Of a stretch of DNA of 64,000 nucleotides, positions 50,559 through 61,843 are shown in pieces; position 1 is the stretch's first letter; the number at the start of each line of letters is the position of its first letter. The position numbers were made by a program, and so were the translations under genes. Below the pieces are notes generated by a model that made no database searches, was not told where the DNA came from, and saw only the letters and a program-made list of their open reading frames with translations. The stretch is from Batkoa obscura (taxonomy: Eukaryota). The DNA lies in contig JASVEC010000003.1 of assembly GCA_030770535.1 (NCBI GenBank), positions 186,001-250,000 of the forward strand. Direction: 5' to 3'.

Positions 50559-52309
50559 AATTAGTAAATTGTATCAAATAAACCAATTGATTGTATTGTA
50601 AATATTATAAAGAGGAAAATATTCAAAAAAGCTATAAACTATAAAGTCAACAAATTGTTTAAAACTGAAATACTTTCTAGTTACTTTTTATTTATATTAT
50701 TTGAATAATGCATCTTAAAAATAAACAAGATTACTTCATTTCCAAATTTTGAGGTAAATTACCTAATATGGAAAAATGATTTTGAGAGTATAAAATGAAT
50801 TCTTATACATTTAATTTGATAAAGAAGATATGAAATAATATTAATATAGTTTTAATAACCATTTCTTGAAAAATTCAAACATAAATAATGTTTTAATATA
50901 TAAAGAACAATACAATTTTGTTACTTTTACTTTTCAATAGCTAGCAGCTATCATCAAAATAACCATTTCTGTTCTTTTAAACTGAATTTGCCCATCTTAT
51001 AAACAAATAAAACTAACCTCGGTTTCTAAATTTTCCAATGTTCTATTTTACAATTAATGCTCAACTGATTTCGAGAACGAAATTGATAAATGAGCAAAAT
51101 TTGACATTTTCTTATCTCAAAATGAGTATTTTAATATTACAAAATGAAGAGTTTATTATCTCAATACCGATTACTTTGAGACTATAAGTCTGTCAACTTT
51201 TATTTATTGATCAAACAAACCTTGATAAGCTTAATCTGTAAGAAAACATAAATTTGTTGAACTTCCTGTTGAAAGTATCCCCAAGAATAACCCTTTTCAA
51301 ACCCCCAAATCGACATCATTTGATCAAGAAATAAATCAATAATGAATTCAATTTTCATACATGAAAACTAGACTATCACAAAGCTATATATCATCGAAAT
51401 TCTTTTACTTATTATATAATAAATTAATCGATGGCTTGTATTTAAATTTATTAACAATAGAGATAATGTAAAAAAGGGCTGTTTATTTAAAAATTCGGCG
51501 TTCAACTTGAAGTTTAGCAATAGTTATTTAGGATTTAAACGGAATTAGTTGAGGGGATTTTATCTATTAACTAATTAATTCAACTCACTATAAGCTACTT
51601 AGTTATCATGCAACCTTTCTTCAGTTCGGTGGCCAAATACAGCATTTAAGAACTTGTTAAGAACAATTCAATAAATTCAGGAATGAAATGGTTGTAAGCA
51701 TGATGTCTCAATGATGTCAATGATTCGCTTTAATGAAATTGATCTAATCATTATTCATAATTAAATCATTTTAAGTTAAAATAACCAATCTTAAACTCAT
51801 TATATAAAGTGTTAGTATTTACAATAGCTAGTTTGTCTATTGATTCAATTTAAACATGGGTTGGGAATTTAGTTTTGTATTTATCGAATATAAGAACAAA
51901 TAAAGTTTAATTGATTAGTGTTATCAAGTACAAAATAAAAATGCCCATGCTGTGTTTAAATCAAATCAAAATATACTAGATTTATTATTTTGGTGACCCA
52001 AACTAAACGCAGGAAACTTTTTAACTTGACATTAATTTCATTTAAAGATTTTAATTGGATTAGAAAATATTAATGATTTAAATTATAATGAGAAAAAAAT
52101 ACAATTTAAGAAGTTTAATCACGTTTAATTTAAATCACAAGTAGTTTAAATTAATAGTCTTAAAGTTAAGAAAGCAGTCTATGTTTAAAATATCACCTCG
52201 TTCAGTATCAGATAGACAATTTTAGTTTTATACGTTACTAATAGTCCTTAAATCAAACTTTTTATTACTATTAGAGTCTGCTATTAAACAGGGTTTTTTT
52301 CAAAATTCC

Positions 52310-52414
52310 ATATGGGGGTGTTTTTTTGGCTTCATTATTTTTTTCATTTTTTAAGCGCTATTTGAGCGGAAAGATTATTAGTAAAACTCTTAAATGAAAA
52401 AAACATCCTTATAT
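52310..52414 (+). mobile_element. ~105-bp MITE family copy 7
   Basis: ATATGGGGGTGTTTTTTTGGCTTC...AAAAAAACATCCTTATAT. Confidence 0.88.
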
Positions 52415-52896
52415 TTTAGACTAAATTTTTTGAATAAATTTTGTTAATGCCTAAAAACTAGGCTTAAAGAAAACCAACCAAACAAAAAGAATCAAATTTT
52501 TATTGCAAAAAACTGCCTATTTAAATGTAAGCAGCTATAACTTAGTTCCTAACTTTACCTATATATCATATTTTTGTTATTATCACATATTTGCCTTTTA
52601 AATACTATTAAAAAAATAATCTATAAAACTAAATGTTAACGGCATAAATATGTCTTATTATAACTGACAGTCATAAAAATAAATATATTTTTATTTGTGT
52701 AATAGCAAACTAAGGATTAGAAATAGAAGTAGTAAGCTAATTAATTGTACGATTTTATACATAAATCGGATGCTATTTTTTACAACCATTGTGATATGAT
52801 TTTATAGGGCTCTACATCCTTATAAAATATTTTAGACATTTAATTATTGACTTGTATTTTTAATATAATTACTATATACAAGCAAATTCATCGACT

Positions 52897-53003
52897 ATAT
52901 GGGGATGTATTTTTTTGTTTAAGAATTTTACTAATAATCTTTCCGCTCAAATAGCACTTAAAAAACGGAAAAAATAATGAAGCCAAAAAAAACACCCCCA
53001 TAT
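52897..53003 (-). mobile_element. ~105-bp MITE family copy 8
   Basis: ATATGGGGATGTATTTTTTTG...GCCAAAAAAAACACCCCCATAT. Confidence 0.9.
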
Positions 53004-53561
53004 GAAAGATCAAATTATTAACTTTTGTTAGAGTAGCTAGTAAGCAAAGATCTTGACAAAAAGGTAATTCATATCATTAGTCGATGTATTATAGAAGGTT
53101 AAAATTACTAAATTGGTTCTAATTTAAACTATTTATTTATAATCATCTCCCTTAAAATAACAATTTTAAACTCGACTACAAATAAAATTTTACAAAAAAA
53201 TAGTTTAGTTAAATTAATAAATTTTAATTGTCTAAGACTATTAAAAAAACAGTTCAATAAAATGATATAATTTATAAAAATATACATTTAAGTATCAACT
53301 CATTTAAGAAAAATAATGCTCATAATAATGATATTATATGAAAATGATAAAAATAGTATTTTAAAAACTATTTATTTAATATACTGAATGATGACTAAAT
53401 CTAAAATCATTTTACACTTATTAAACATGGGATCTAACATTTATATAATTATTGAAGAACACTAAAAATAAAGGATATTATAAAAAACTACTATTTTATA
53501 GTACGCTTGATAAATATTTTTTAAAATATTATTTAATATGTTTAATTATTTTCAATCTTTT

Positions 53562-54134
53562 ATATGGAGGTGTTTTTTTTGGCTTTGTGAAAGTTGGTAC
53601 TCAGTGGTAGGAGTTAAAAGCAGCTCTTGGTTGATTAACCTGCCTTGAGTCGAACGGTCTTAGTTTATATAACTAAGATAGACTTAAATGAATAAGAATA
53701 ATACGTAATAAGTTGCGAACTATGTAAAACAAATAGAATAAACAATACTACTGTAAAATCTATATCAGACGTTGTCAGAAAGACTTAGTGGCTTTATTAA
53801 TAGTACGATATCAGGGAGTAATTCAGTTAAAAAGCCTCGAGTTATCATATTGAAGAATCTCTTTTATACTCCAATAAGTATGGATATTAAAACGAGAAGA
53901 TAATATTGTTTGCAATATGAAGTTAGAAACTCTCGCAGCAAATCAAAATAAAGGACTCTGAGTTGATTGTGTTTGAACTTGAGAACACAGCAACTTAAGT
54001 GATTGTTGTGTTATAATCAATCCGAGAGCTAATAAACCAATATTTCACAGTTTCATTATTTTTTCCATTTTTTAAGTGCTATTTGAGTGGAAAAATTATT
54101 AGTAAAATTCTTAAACAAAAATATATCCTCATAT
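53562..54134 (+). mobile_element. ~105-bp MITE family copy 9, split by a nested insertion
   Basis: Left part 53562-53585 (ATATGGAGGTGTTTTTTTTGGCTT) and right part 54050-54134 (GTTTCATTATTTTTTCC...ATCCTCATAT) rejoin into a complete copy. Confidence 0.88.
53586..54049. mobile_element. Solo-LTR-like insertion (464 bp)
   Basis: TGTGAAA...TTTCACA termini, 4-bp flanking duplication GCTT/GTTT, internal TATATAA (~53667) and AATAAA. Confidence 0.75.
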
Positions 54135-54541
54135 AAACTATTCTCTGTCTACTTTCGTATCTCATAAATCAAATTTTTTTATCAAATTTTTTTTATTATG
54201 ATGTTTTGTTATTTTATATATAATAATTTTTTTTATTTAATATGACAAATTTGATTTATAATTTTCATTGATTTTTTATAAAGATATTCATTATTATTAT
54301 TTATAAATAAATATATTATAAACATTATATATTTAATTATTAAGTATTAAATCTATACTTATTAAATTGAAATAAATTAGTTAAATTGTTGTTACGAAAT
54401 GGTATTTTATATGTTTTTAAAAAATTAAATATTACTTATAAAGATCAATACTATATCTTCAAGTATGGCTTCTTATTTTATTTATTTATAACTATAATTT
54501 ATTAATAATATCATAAACCTAAAACCAATATAATCTCATTA

Positions 54542-55839
54542 TTAAAACTTCCATTTCCTAATAGTTTTATCATAAGAACCAGAGATTAATAAATTTTCAT
54601 CAGCATTAAAATCTAATGAGCGTATAATACCAGTATGTCCTTTAAGTTTACCAATTGGAGTTTCATTATTAATATCAAAAATATTAATATTAAATTCATC
54701 ATCATTAACAAAAAAATATTTACCAGATGGATGGAATTGAATCTTAGGATTAGATAACTCATCTTGTTTAACACCATAATAATTTCTATATTGAGTTGAA
54801 GAAAACAAAGAAAGTAAAATTAATCTTCCAGATCTATGATCTGTTGCACATAATATATGTTTTTCATTTGGTGATATTTTTATATCCATTATATTAAATG
54901 ATACAAAATTATCCCCATTACTATTTAAGTTATATTTTAATATTTCGTAATCTTCAACATTAATATAATAAAAATAATTGTCTTCTCTAATAGCAACAAT
55001 AATATATTTACTATCTGAAGTCCAAGCTGCGGTTTCAATTCTACCTTCAAAACTGATGACTTTTGTATATTCAAAATTAGGATATTGATCATCTTCCATT
55101 GATTCTTGATTTGATTTATAAATAACTAAGTTATAATCATAACTTGCTGAAAATAAGGTTTGACCATCTGGCGAGAACTTGGCAATGTTTACAAATTTTT
55201 TATGATGGTTCCATCGCTTTATTAATTCATTCTTAGTTAAATCAGTTAAAGTTACTGTAAAATCCATTGATGAAGAAAGTAATATATTTTTATATTTTGG
55301 ATGAATGTCTAAACTTAAAACCGCTCCTCCTAAATTAGGATCAATTATTGAATCTATAAATTTACCTGTTTCTAAGTCACTTAACTTTATACTTTTATCA
55401 GTTGAAGATGAGATCAATACTGGTTTTTCTGAATTTAAATCTAAAGTCGTAGTTGTTATAATGGATAATATATTTGAGTAATGAATATTATCTATTGGTT
55501 CTAAAGCCACAATATTATCTATAACAATCTCTTTATCATTTAATACAGGCACATCCAGTTTCCTAAAAAAATCTCATGAATTTCAGAATAAGTCAATATA
55601 AAACAAATTTACTTTTTAATTTCTAGACCCTGAGGGAATTTTTCCTTTAAATAATAATCTGTAATAATATCCAACAAAGGTTTATCTTCAAATCCAGTAA
55701 TAGCCGTATCTTTAGTTAAGGAACAAAAATCACCTCCTTCTTTATAGAAACTTTCTAACGTTTCTTCGTACCCATTCAACTTCAAAAAATTGACAATAAT
55801 ATCATGAGCTAATCGAAAACTTTTGGACGAAGCAGACAT
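54542..55839 (-). CDS. LisH + WD40 repeat protein (two exons)
   Basis: LisH AHDIIVNFLKLNGYEETLESFYKE; WD repeats SSSTDKSIKL, SSSMDFTV, SASYDYNL, GHTGIIRSLDF..SGSYDKTIRKW. Confidence 0.88.
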
Positions 55840-56797
55840 TTTTAAAAGAGATAATTTAATTTTTTTTAGGGTTATAATTATTCTACGTAATTTATGTAGA
55901 AATTAAATCAAAAATTAAAGTTGCAAATTGTTCTGTTTTCAAAAATAACCTTTGGTTTATTATTTGAATTATACAAGATTGGTATTTGAATAAAAATATT
56001 ACATTAAATATTATACTTTTTTTATTAAAGAAAGGGCAGCTAAGATTTTAATTAGATAAGTACATTTGCTAAACTTTAAATTAATATTTTTATATTAGTT
56101 GAAAATATTTAGTAAGTTTCACTTTACTTTATATTCGATCAATATTTTAAATACTATTTAAGTACTCTAATACAAAAAAAGATTAAAAACAACCTCTATA
56201 GTAAAGGATTTTGTCATAATAATAATAATAATTAATATTATTATATTTAATATATGGTCTAAGAAGTAGTTTTTCTATGGGATTTTAAAGGGATATATTA
56301 ATATGAATTCTATTTCTTTTTTTTTGAAACAACTTTTATAAATAATTTAAGCTAATAACTCAATATAAACTATAAATCCTATTTTATTCAAATAATCATA
56401 TAACTATATTGTTTTATTTATATTAACTATCAAATATATGTACTCAAATAATTTGTAAAACCTTTAAGCTATTTTCCACTCGTTGTATTTTTTCAATTCA
56501 ATGTTCCTTTTGAAGTTAAATACAGCGAACTACCAGTTAACTTGATAATAAAAGGCATATCAATATCTTAAATAAACCAATTTCAAAGCCGAAAATTTAA
56601 AGATTAGCTATACTAATCCTCATTCCAGTCAATTATAATCTATTAATGATTAAAAATTATTATCAATTGATTAAATTTCAAAACTCAAAATAAAAAACTA
56701 TTATAGAAAACAAAATTTTATTCAATATTTTTAACAATTCCAATAGTCAATATCTAACGATACAATTTAAAACTGTCAGTTTATCACTTCATCTGAT

Positions 56798-59700
56798 TTA
56801 GAATCCAAACGGTTTCACAACTTCTTTTACATCAAGTTTAGGAAGACCAGATCCATTTATATTCACTTGATTATTAACACCTCCGTTAGCCTTGGCTGCC
56901 TCCTTTACAACTCCAAATTTATCAAATTTGCTTTCAATTGGAGCAACTACTCCAGGATTCAATAATTTACCATCAGTTTTAATATCTGATTTCATATCAA
57001 TTCCTTTGGCTCCTTCAATACTCTTACCCTCAAGTTTCATATTCATACCTTTAGCATATGGTTTATATTCGCTACCTGAAGCTCCTTCTGAAACCTTGGT
57101 GTCAAGATTCATACTATTACCGGTAGCACCAGAATTTACGTTTGTAACATTGGCACCATTAGCAGCAGGATTCATGTTAGCACCATTAGCACTAGGATTC
57201 ATGTTAGCGCTATTAGCTCCAGGATTCATACTAGCACCGTTAGCGCCATTAGCACCAGGATTCATGTTAGCCCCATTAGCACCAGGATTCATGTAAACAC
57301 CGTTAGCGCCGTTGGGACTATTGACACCATTGACACCATTGACACCATTGACACCATTGACACCATTAGCAACAGGATTCATATTAGCACCATTAGCACC
57401 ATTAGCACCATTAGCACCATTAGTACCGTTGGCACTAGGATTCATGTAAGCACCATTAGCGCCACTGGAACCATTGGCACCAGGATTTACATTAGTGCCA
57501 TTAGCAGCAGGATTCATGTTAGCACCATTAGCGCCGTTATAACCATTGACACCATTGGCACCATTGGCAACAGGATTCATGTTAGGACCGTTAGCACCAT
57601 TGACACCATTAGCACCAGGATTCATGTAAGCACCATTAGCGCCACTAGAACCATTAGCACCAGGATTCATGTTAGTGCCATTAGCACCAGGATTCATGTT
57701 AGCACCGTTAGCACCATTGGCACCATTAGCACCAGGATTCATGTTAGGACCATTAGCGCCATTAGCACCAGGATTCATGTTAGCACCATTGGGACCATTG
57801 ACACCATTAGCACCAGGATTCATGTTAGCACCGTTAGCACCATTGACACCATTAGCACCAGGATTCATGTTAGCACCGTTAGCACCATTGACACCATTAG
57901 CACCAGGATTCATGTAAGCACCATTAGCGCCACTAGAACCATTAGCACCAGGATCCATGTAAGCACCATTAGCGCCACTAGAACCATTAGCACCAGGATC
58001 CATGTTAGTGCCATTAGCACCAGGATTCATGTTAGCACCATTGGGACCATTGACACCATTAGCACCAGGATTCATGTTAGCACCATTGGGACCATTGACA
58101 CCATTAGCACCAGGATTCATGTTAGCACCGTTAGCACCATTGACACCATTAGCACCAGGATTCATGTAAGCACCATTAGCGCCACTAGAACCATTAGCAC
58201 CAGGATTCATGTTAGTGCCATTAGCACCAGGATTCATGTTAGCACCGTTAACACCATTGGCACCATTAGCACCAGGATTCATGTTAGCACCATTGGGACC
58301 ATTGACACCATTAGCACCAGGATTCATGTTAGCGCCGTTAGGACCATTGGCACCATTAGCACCGTTAGCACCATTAGCACCAGGATTCATGTTAGCACCG
58401 TTAGCACCATTGACACCATTAGCAATAGGATTCATGTAAGCACCATTAGCGCCACTAGAACCATTAGCACCAGGATTTACCTTAGTGCCATTAGCACCAT
58501 TAGCGCCGTTAGAACCATTAGCACTAGGATTCATGTTATCACCATTAGGGCCGTTAGAACCATTGACACCATTGGCACCGTTAGCACCGTTAGCACCATT
58601 GGCAACAGGATTCATGTTAGCACCATTGGCACCATTAGAATTATTAGAACCATTAGCAACAGGGTTCATGTTAGCACCATTAGTATCATTAGCACCAGGA
58701 TTCATGTAAGCACCATTAGCACCACTAGAACCATTAGCACCAGGATTTACATTAGTGCCATTAGCAGCAGGATTCATGTTAGCACCGTTAGCACCATTAG
58801 AATCATTGGCACCATTGACACCATTAACACCAGGATTCATATTAGCACTGTTAGCGCCGTTAGGACCATTAGCACCATTAGCACCATTAGCACCATTGGC
58901 AATAGGATTCATGTTAGCACCGTTAGCACCATTAGCACCATTAGAACTATTAGAACTATTAGCAACAGGGTTCATGTTAGCACCGTTAGTACCATTAGCA
59001 CCAGGATTCATGTTAGCACCATTAGCACCAGGGTTCATGTTAGCACCATTGACACCATTAGCACTAGGATTCATATTAGCACCGTTAGCGCCATTGGAAC
59101 CATTAGCACCAGGATTCACATAGATACCTTTAGTTGTATCTAGAGCTTTAGCATCAAGCTTTATACCTGAACCCATTGTATCGGGATTTATATAGCTGCC
59201 TTTAACTGCCTCTTGAGCCTTAGCGTAATCCTTATTATTGTTTTCGCCTTTTTTAGATTCAAGCGTGGCTAGTATTACAAGAACTGCATCAAGATTTTTT
59301 TTTGCTTCTGCAATTTCTTTCTCTATATCTTTTATTTCTTTATCTTTTTCTGAAAGTTTGATTGATTCCTTTTCTTCACTTTCAAGGATAGATTTGCTTT
59401 CTTTATCTTGAGCTTCTTCGAGTTGTTTAACTTCTTTTTCGTGTTTTTCCTTCAATTGTTTACTATCTTTACTACCATAGCTCTTAAGCTCTTTTTTATG
59501 TTTATTTTGTAATTCTTCACGTTCTTTTTTGTGTTTCTTTAGTATATTCTCAGCTTTTTCGTGATTTGATTTTAAAATTTCCTTTTCCTTAGTAGCTCTT
59601 TCTCTAATTGCATTTGCTAACTTTTTGTTGAGTTCCCTTAATTTATTTTCCTTGTCTTTCTTTTCTCTTTTAAGGTTCTCTGCTTGTTCTGCTAGTTTTT

Positions 59701-61843
59701 TCTTTTGCTCTTCCTTTTCCTTTCTTTCCTTAGCTACTTTTTCCTTATCTTTCATTGCTTTATCTGCTAGTTGTTTGAGTTTAAGCTTTTTGCTTTCTAA
59801 GTTATAAGTCCCAGATTTATCTTTAGGGACATCTTTGAGCACAATCAATTCCTCAATTTTCTGTTTTAATTCATAGGCAAGATTTTCTTTTTCCTTGACC
59901 TCTTCACTAATTTTATTCAAGTATCTTTTTTTCTCTTGTGAGTCTGATTCTGATTCTTTAAGCTTTGCTTCCAAATCTACAATAACTTCACTATGCTCCT
60001 CGATTTTTTTCTTAATTGCTTCTGTTCCAGAATCGGACTCATCTGAGCCTTCAAGCCCTTTGATTTCATCTTCGTGTGCCTTAATTTCCTCATCAACCTT
60101 TTTTAATTTATCATTTAATTCGGTCAACTCATTAGCAGACTCATCTTCAACTTTTGCTGGAGCTGCATCAGGTTTTTTTTCTGATTCTATAGTTTCTTTC
60201 TCCATATCTTTGATTTCTTTATCTTTTTCCGCTAGTTTCATTTTCTCCTTTTCTTCACTTTCAAGGATAGATTTGCTTTCTTTATCTTGAGCTTCTTCGA
60301 GTTGTTTAACTTCTTTTTCGTGTTTTTCCTTCAATTGTTTACTATCTTTACTACCATAGCTCTTAAGCTCTTTTTTATGTTTATTTTGTAGCTCTTCACG
60401 TTCTTTTTTGTGTTTCTTTAGTATATTCTCAGCTTTTTCGTGATTTGATTTTAAAATTTCCTTTTCCTTAGTAGCTCTTTCTCTAATTGCATTTGCTAAC
60501 TTTTTGTTGAGTTCCCTTAATTTATTTTCCTTGTCTTTCTTTTCTCTTTTAAGGTTCTCTGCTTGTTCTGCTAGTTTTTTCTTTTGCTCTTCCTTTTCCT
60601 TTCTTTCCTTAGCTACTTTTTCCTTATCTTTCATTGCTTTATCTGCTAGTTGTTTGAGTTTAAGTTCTTTTATTTCTGAGTTATACTTTCCATCCTTATC
60701 TTTAGGGACATCTTTGAGCACAATCAATTCCTCAATTTTCTGTTTTAATTCATAGGCAAGATTTTCTTTTTCCTTGACCTCTTCACTAATTTTATTCAAG
60801 TATCTTTTTTTCTCTTGTGAGTCTGATTCTGATTCTTTAAGCTTTGTTTCCAAATCTACAATAACTTCACTATGCTCCTCGATTTTTTTCTTAATTGCTT
60901 CTGTTCCAGAATCGGACTCATCTGAGCCTTCGAGTTCTCTAATTTTGCTTTCGTGTGTCTTAATTTCCACATCAACTTTTACTAATTTATCATTTAATTC
61001 GGATAATTCGTCGGTAGATTCGCCTTCATTTTTTATTGGAGCTGCATTGGGCATTGCGTATGATGAGTTTGGAAGGCCCTTTGGATTACCAGGATCTCTA
61101 GAGCCATTTGGAATCATAGCAGCACCTTTGTTATATACTGTAGTGTCAGTCCCTTCTACCATTGCCTTATTTCCTGGACCTATGGTGTTCACAGGTAAGC
61201 CTAATGGAGTTGACCCCAACCCTTCAGCATTTGCTAAAGCACCAGCAGCTCGACCCGCTGACTTATCATCAGCAGCAACTCCACTTTTGCTATACATGTT
61301 AGCACCAGTTGCTTCTACTGTTCCTTTATTTCCTAGACCTGTAGTGCTTATAGGTAAAGCTAATGGATTTGATCCTAACCCTTCGGCATTTGCTGAAGCA
61401 CTAGCACCTTGACCCATTGACTTGTTATCAGAAGCAGCTGCACCTTTGCTATATATATTAGCGCCAGTTGCTTCTACTGCTCCTTTATTTCCTAGACCTG
61501 TAGTATTTATAGGTAAAGCTAATGGATTTGATCCTAACCCTTCAGCATTTGCTGAAGCACTAGCACCTTGACCTGCTAACCTATTATTGGCAGTTGCTTT
61601 ATCTTTACTATATATATTAGCACCGGTTGCTTCTACTATTTCCTTGTTTCCCGGATCTACGGCTTTTATAGGTAGACCTAATGAATTTGGAGCTGATCCT
61701 TCGACTTTCTCTAAAGCACCGCCACCTTGAGCTGCTGACTTGACATCAGTAGCAGCTGTACCATCAACTGGTAATGCTACATTAGTATTTAATTGAAGTA
61801 AAGCGACTAAAACTGCAATAATCGGATTTGGATTTGTTTTCAT
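56798..61843 (-). CDS. Large secreted repeat protein (signal peptide, 53-aa repeats, duplicated coiled coil, Gly-X-Asn repeats)
   Basis: 1681-aa uninterrupted ORF; hydrophobic N-terminus IIAVLVALLQLNTNVA; TATA-like TATAAAT about 60 nt upstream. Confidence 0.88.
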   Translation of the reverse strand: MKTNPNPIIAVLVALLQLNTNVALPVDGTAATDVKSAAQGGGALEKVEGSAPNSLGLPIKAVDPGNKEIVEATGANIYSKDKATANNRLAGQGASASANAEGLGSNPLALPINTTGLGNKGAVEATGANIYSKGAAASDNKSMGQGASASANAEGLGSNPLALPISTTGLGNKGTVEATGANMYSKSGVAADDKSAGRAAGALANAEGLGSTPLGLPVNTIGPGNKAMVEGTDTTVYNKGAAMIPNGSRDPGNPKGLPNSSYAMPNAAPIKNEGESTDELSELNDKLVKVDVEIKTHESKIRELEGSDESDSGTEAIKKKIEEHSEVIVDLETKLKESESDSQEKKRYLNKISEEVKEKENLAYELKQKIEELIVLKDVPKDKDGKYNSEIKELKLKQLADKAMKDKEKVAKERKEKEEQKKKLAEQAENLKREKKDKENKLRELNKKLANAIRERATKEKEILKSNHEKAENILKKHKKEREELQNKHKKELKSYGSKDSKQLKEKHEKEVKQLEEAQDKESKSILESEEKEKMKLAEKDKEIKDMEKETIESEKKPDAAPAKVEDESANELTELNDKLKKVDEEIKAHEDEIKGLEGSDESDSGTEAIKKKIEEHSEVIVDLEAKLKESESDSQEKKRYLNKISEEVKEKENLAYELKQKIEELIVLKDVPKDKSGTYNLESKKLKLKQLADKAMKDKEKVAKERKEKEEQKKKLAEQAENLKREKKDKENKLRELNKKLANAIRERATKEKEILKSNHEKAENILKKHKKEREELQNKHKKELKSYGSKDSKQLKEKHEKEVKQLEEAQDKESKSILESEEKESIKLSEKDKEIKDIEKEIAEAKKNLDAVLVILATLESKKGENNNKDYAKAQEAVKGSYINPDTMGSGIKLDAKALDTTKGIYVNPGANGSNGANGANMNPSANGVNGANMNPGANGANMNPGANGTNGANMNPVANSSNSSNGANGANGANMNPIANGANGANGANGPNGANSANMNPGVNGVNGANDSNGANGANMNPAANGTNVNPGANGSSGANGAYMNPGANDTNGANMNPVANGSNNSNGANGANMNPVANGANGANGANGVNGSNGPNGDNMNPSANGSNGANGANGTKVNPGANGSSGANGAYMNPIANGVNGANGANMNPGANGANGANGANGPNGANMNPGANGVNGPNGANMNPGANGANGVNGANMNPGANGTNMNPGANGSSGANGAYMNPGANGVNGANGANMNPGANGVNGPNGANMNPGANGVNGPNGANMNPGANGTNMDPGANGSSGANGAYMDPGANGSSGANGAYMNPGANGVNGANGANMNPGANGVNGANGANMNPGANGVNGPNGANMNPGANGANGPNMNPGANGANGANGANMNPGANGTNMNPGANGSSGANGAYMNPGANGVNGANGPNMNPVANGANGVNGYNGANGANMNPAANGTNVNPGANGSSGANGAYMNPSANGTNGANGANGANGANMNPVANGVNGVNGVNGVNGVNSPNGANGVYMNPGANGANMNPGANGANGASMNPGANSANMNPSANGANMNPAANGANVTNVNSGATGNSMNLDTKVSEGASGSEYKPYAKGMNMKLEGKSIEGAKGIDMKSDIKTDGKLLNPGVVAPIESKFDKFGVVKEAAKANGGVNNQVNINGSGLPKLDVKEVVKPFGF
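57150..59120 (-). repeat. Coding 9-bp-period repeat array encoding (GAN/GVN/GPN)n-MNP
   Basis: Recurring CCATTAGCA and CCAGGATTCATGTTAGCA units over about 2 kb. Confidence 0.95.
59320..61015 (-). repeat. Near-identical 879-bp (293-aa) tandem duplication of a K/E-rich coiled-coil block
   Basis: TCTGTTCCAGAATCGGACTC at 60021 and 60900, and TTCAAGGATAGATTTG at 59381 and 60260, both offset by 879 bp. Confidence 0.95.
61130..61710 (-). repeat. About four 159-bp (53-aa) coding repeats
   Basis: ANAEGLGSNPLALP..GNKG.VEATGAN.YSK units; GATCCTAACC at 61371 and 61530. Confidence 0.9.

Noticed and set aside
51848..51962. Imperfect inverted ends TTTAAACATGGG...CCCATGCTGTGTTTAAA, with a similar motif near 990-1030
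   Set aside because: Too short and degenerate to call a second MITE family without a genome-wide search.
57150..59120. Repeat array considered as CRISPR or non-coding satellite
   Set aside because: No unique spacers, eukaryotic context, and the array lies in frame within a long ORF.
56892..61412. Plus-strand LAP/GFM-repeat and Ser/Phe-rich ORFs
   Set aside because: Antisense frames kept open by the repeat structure of the minus-strand gene.
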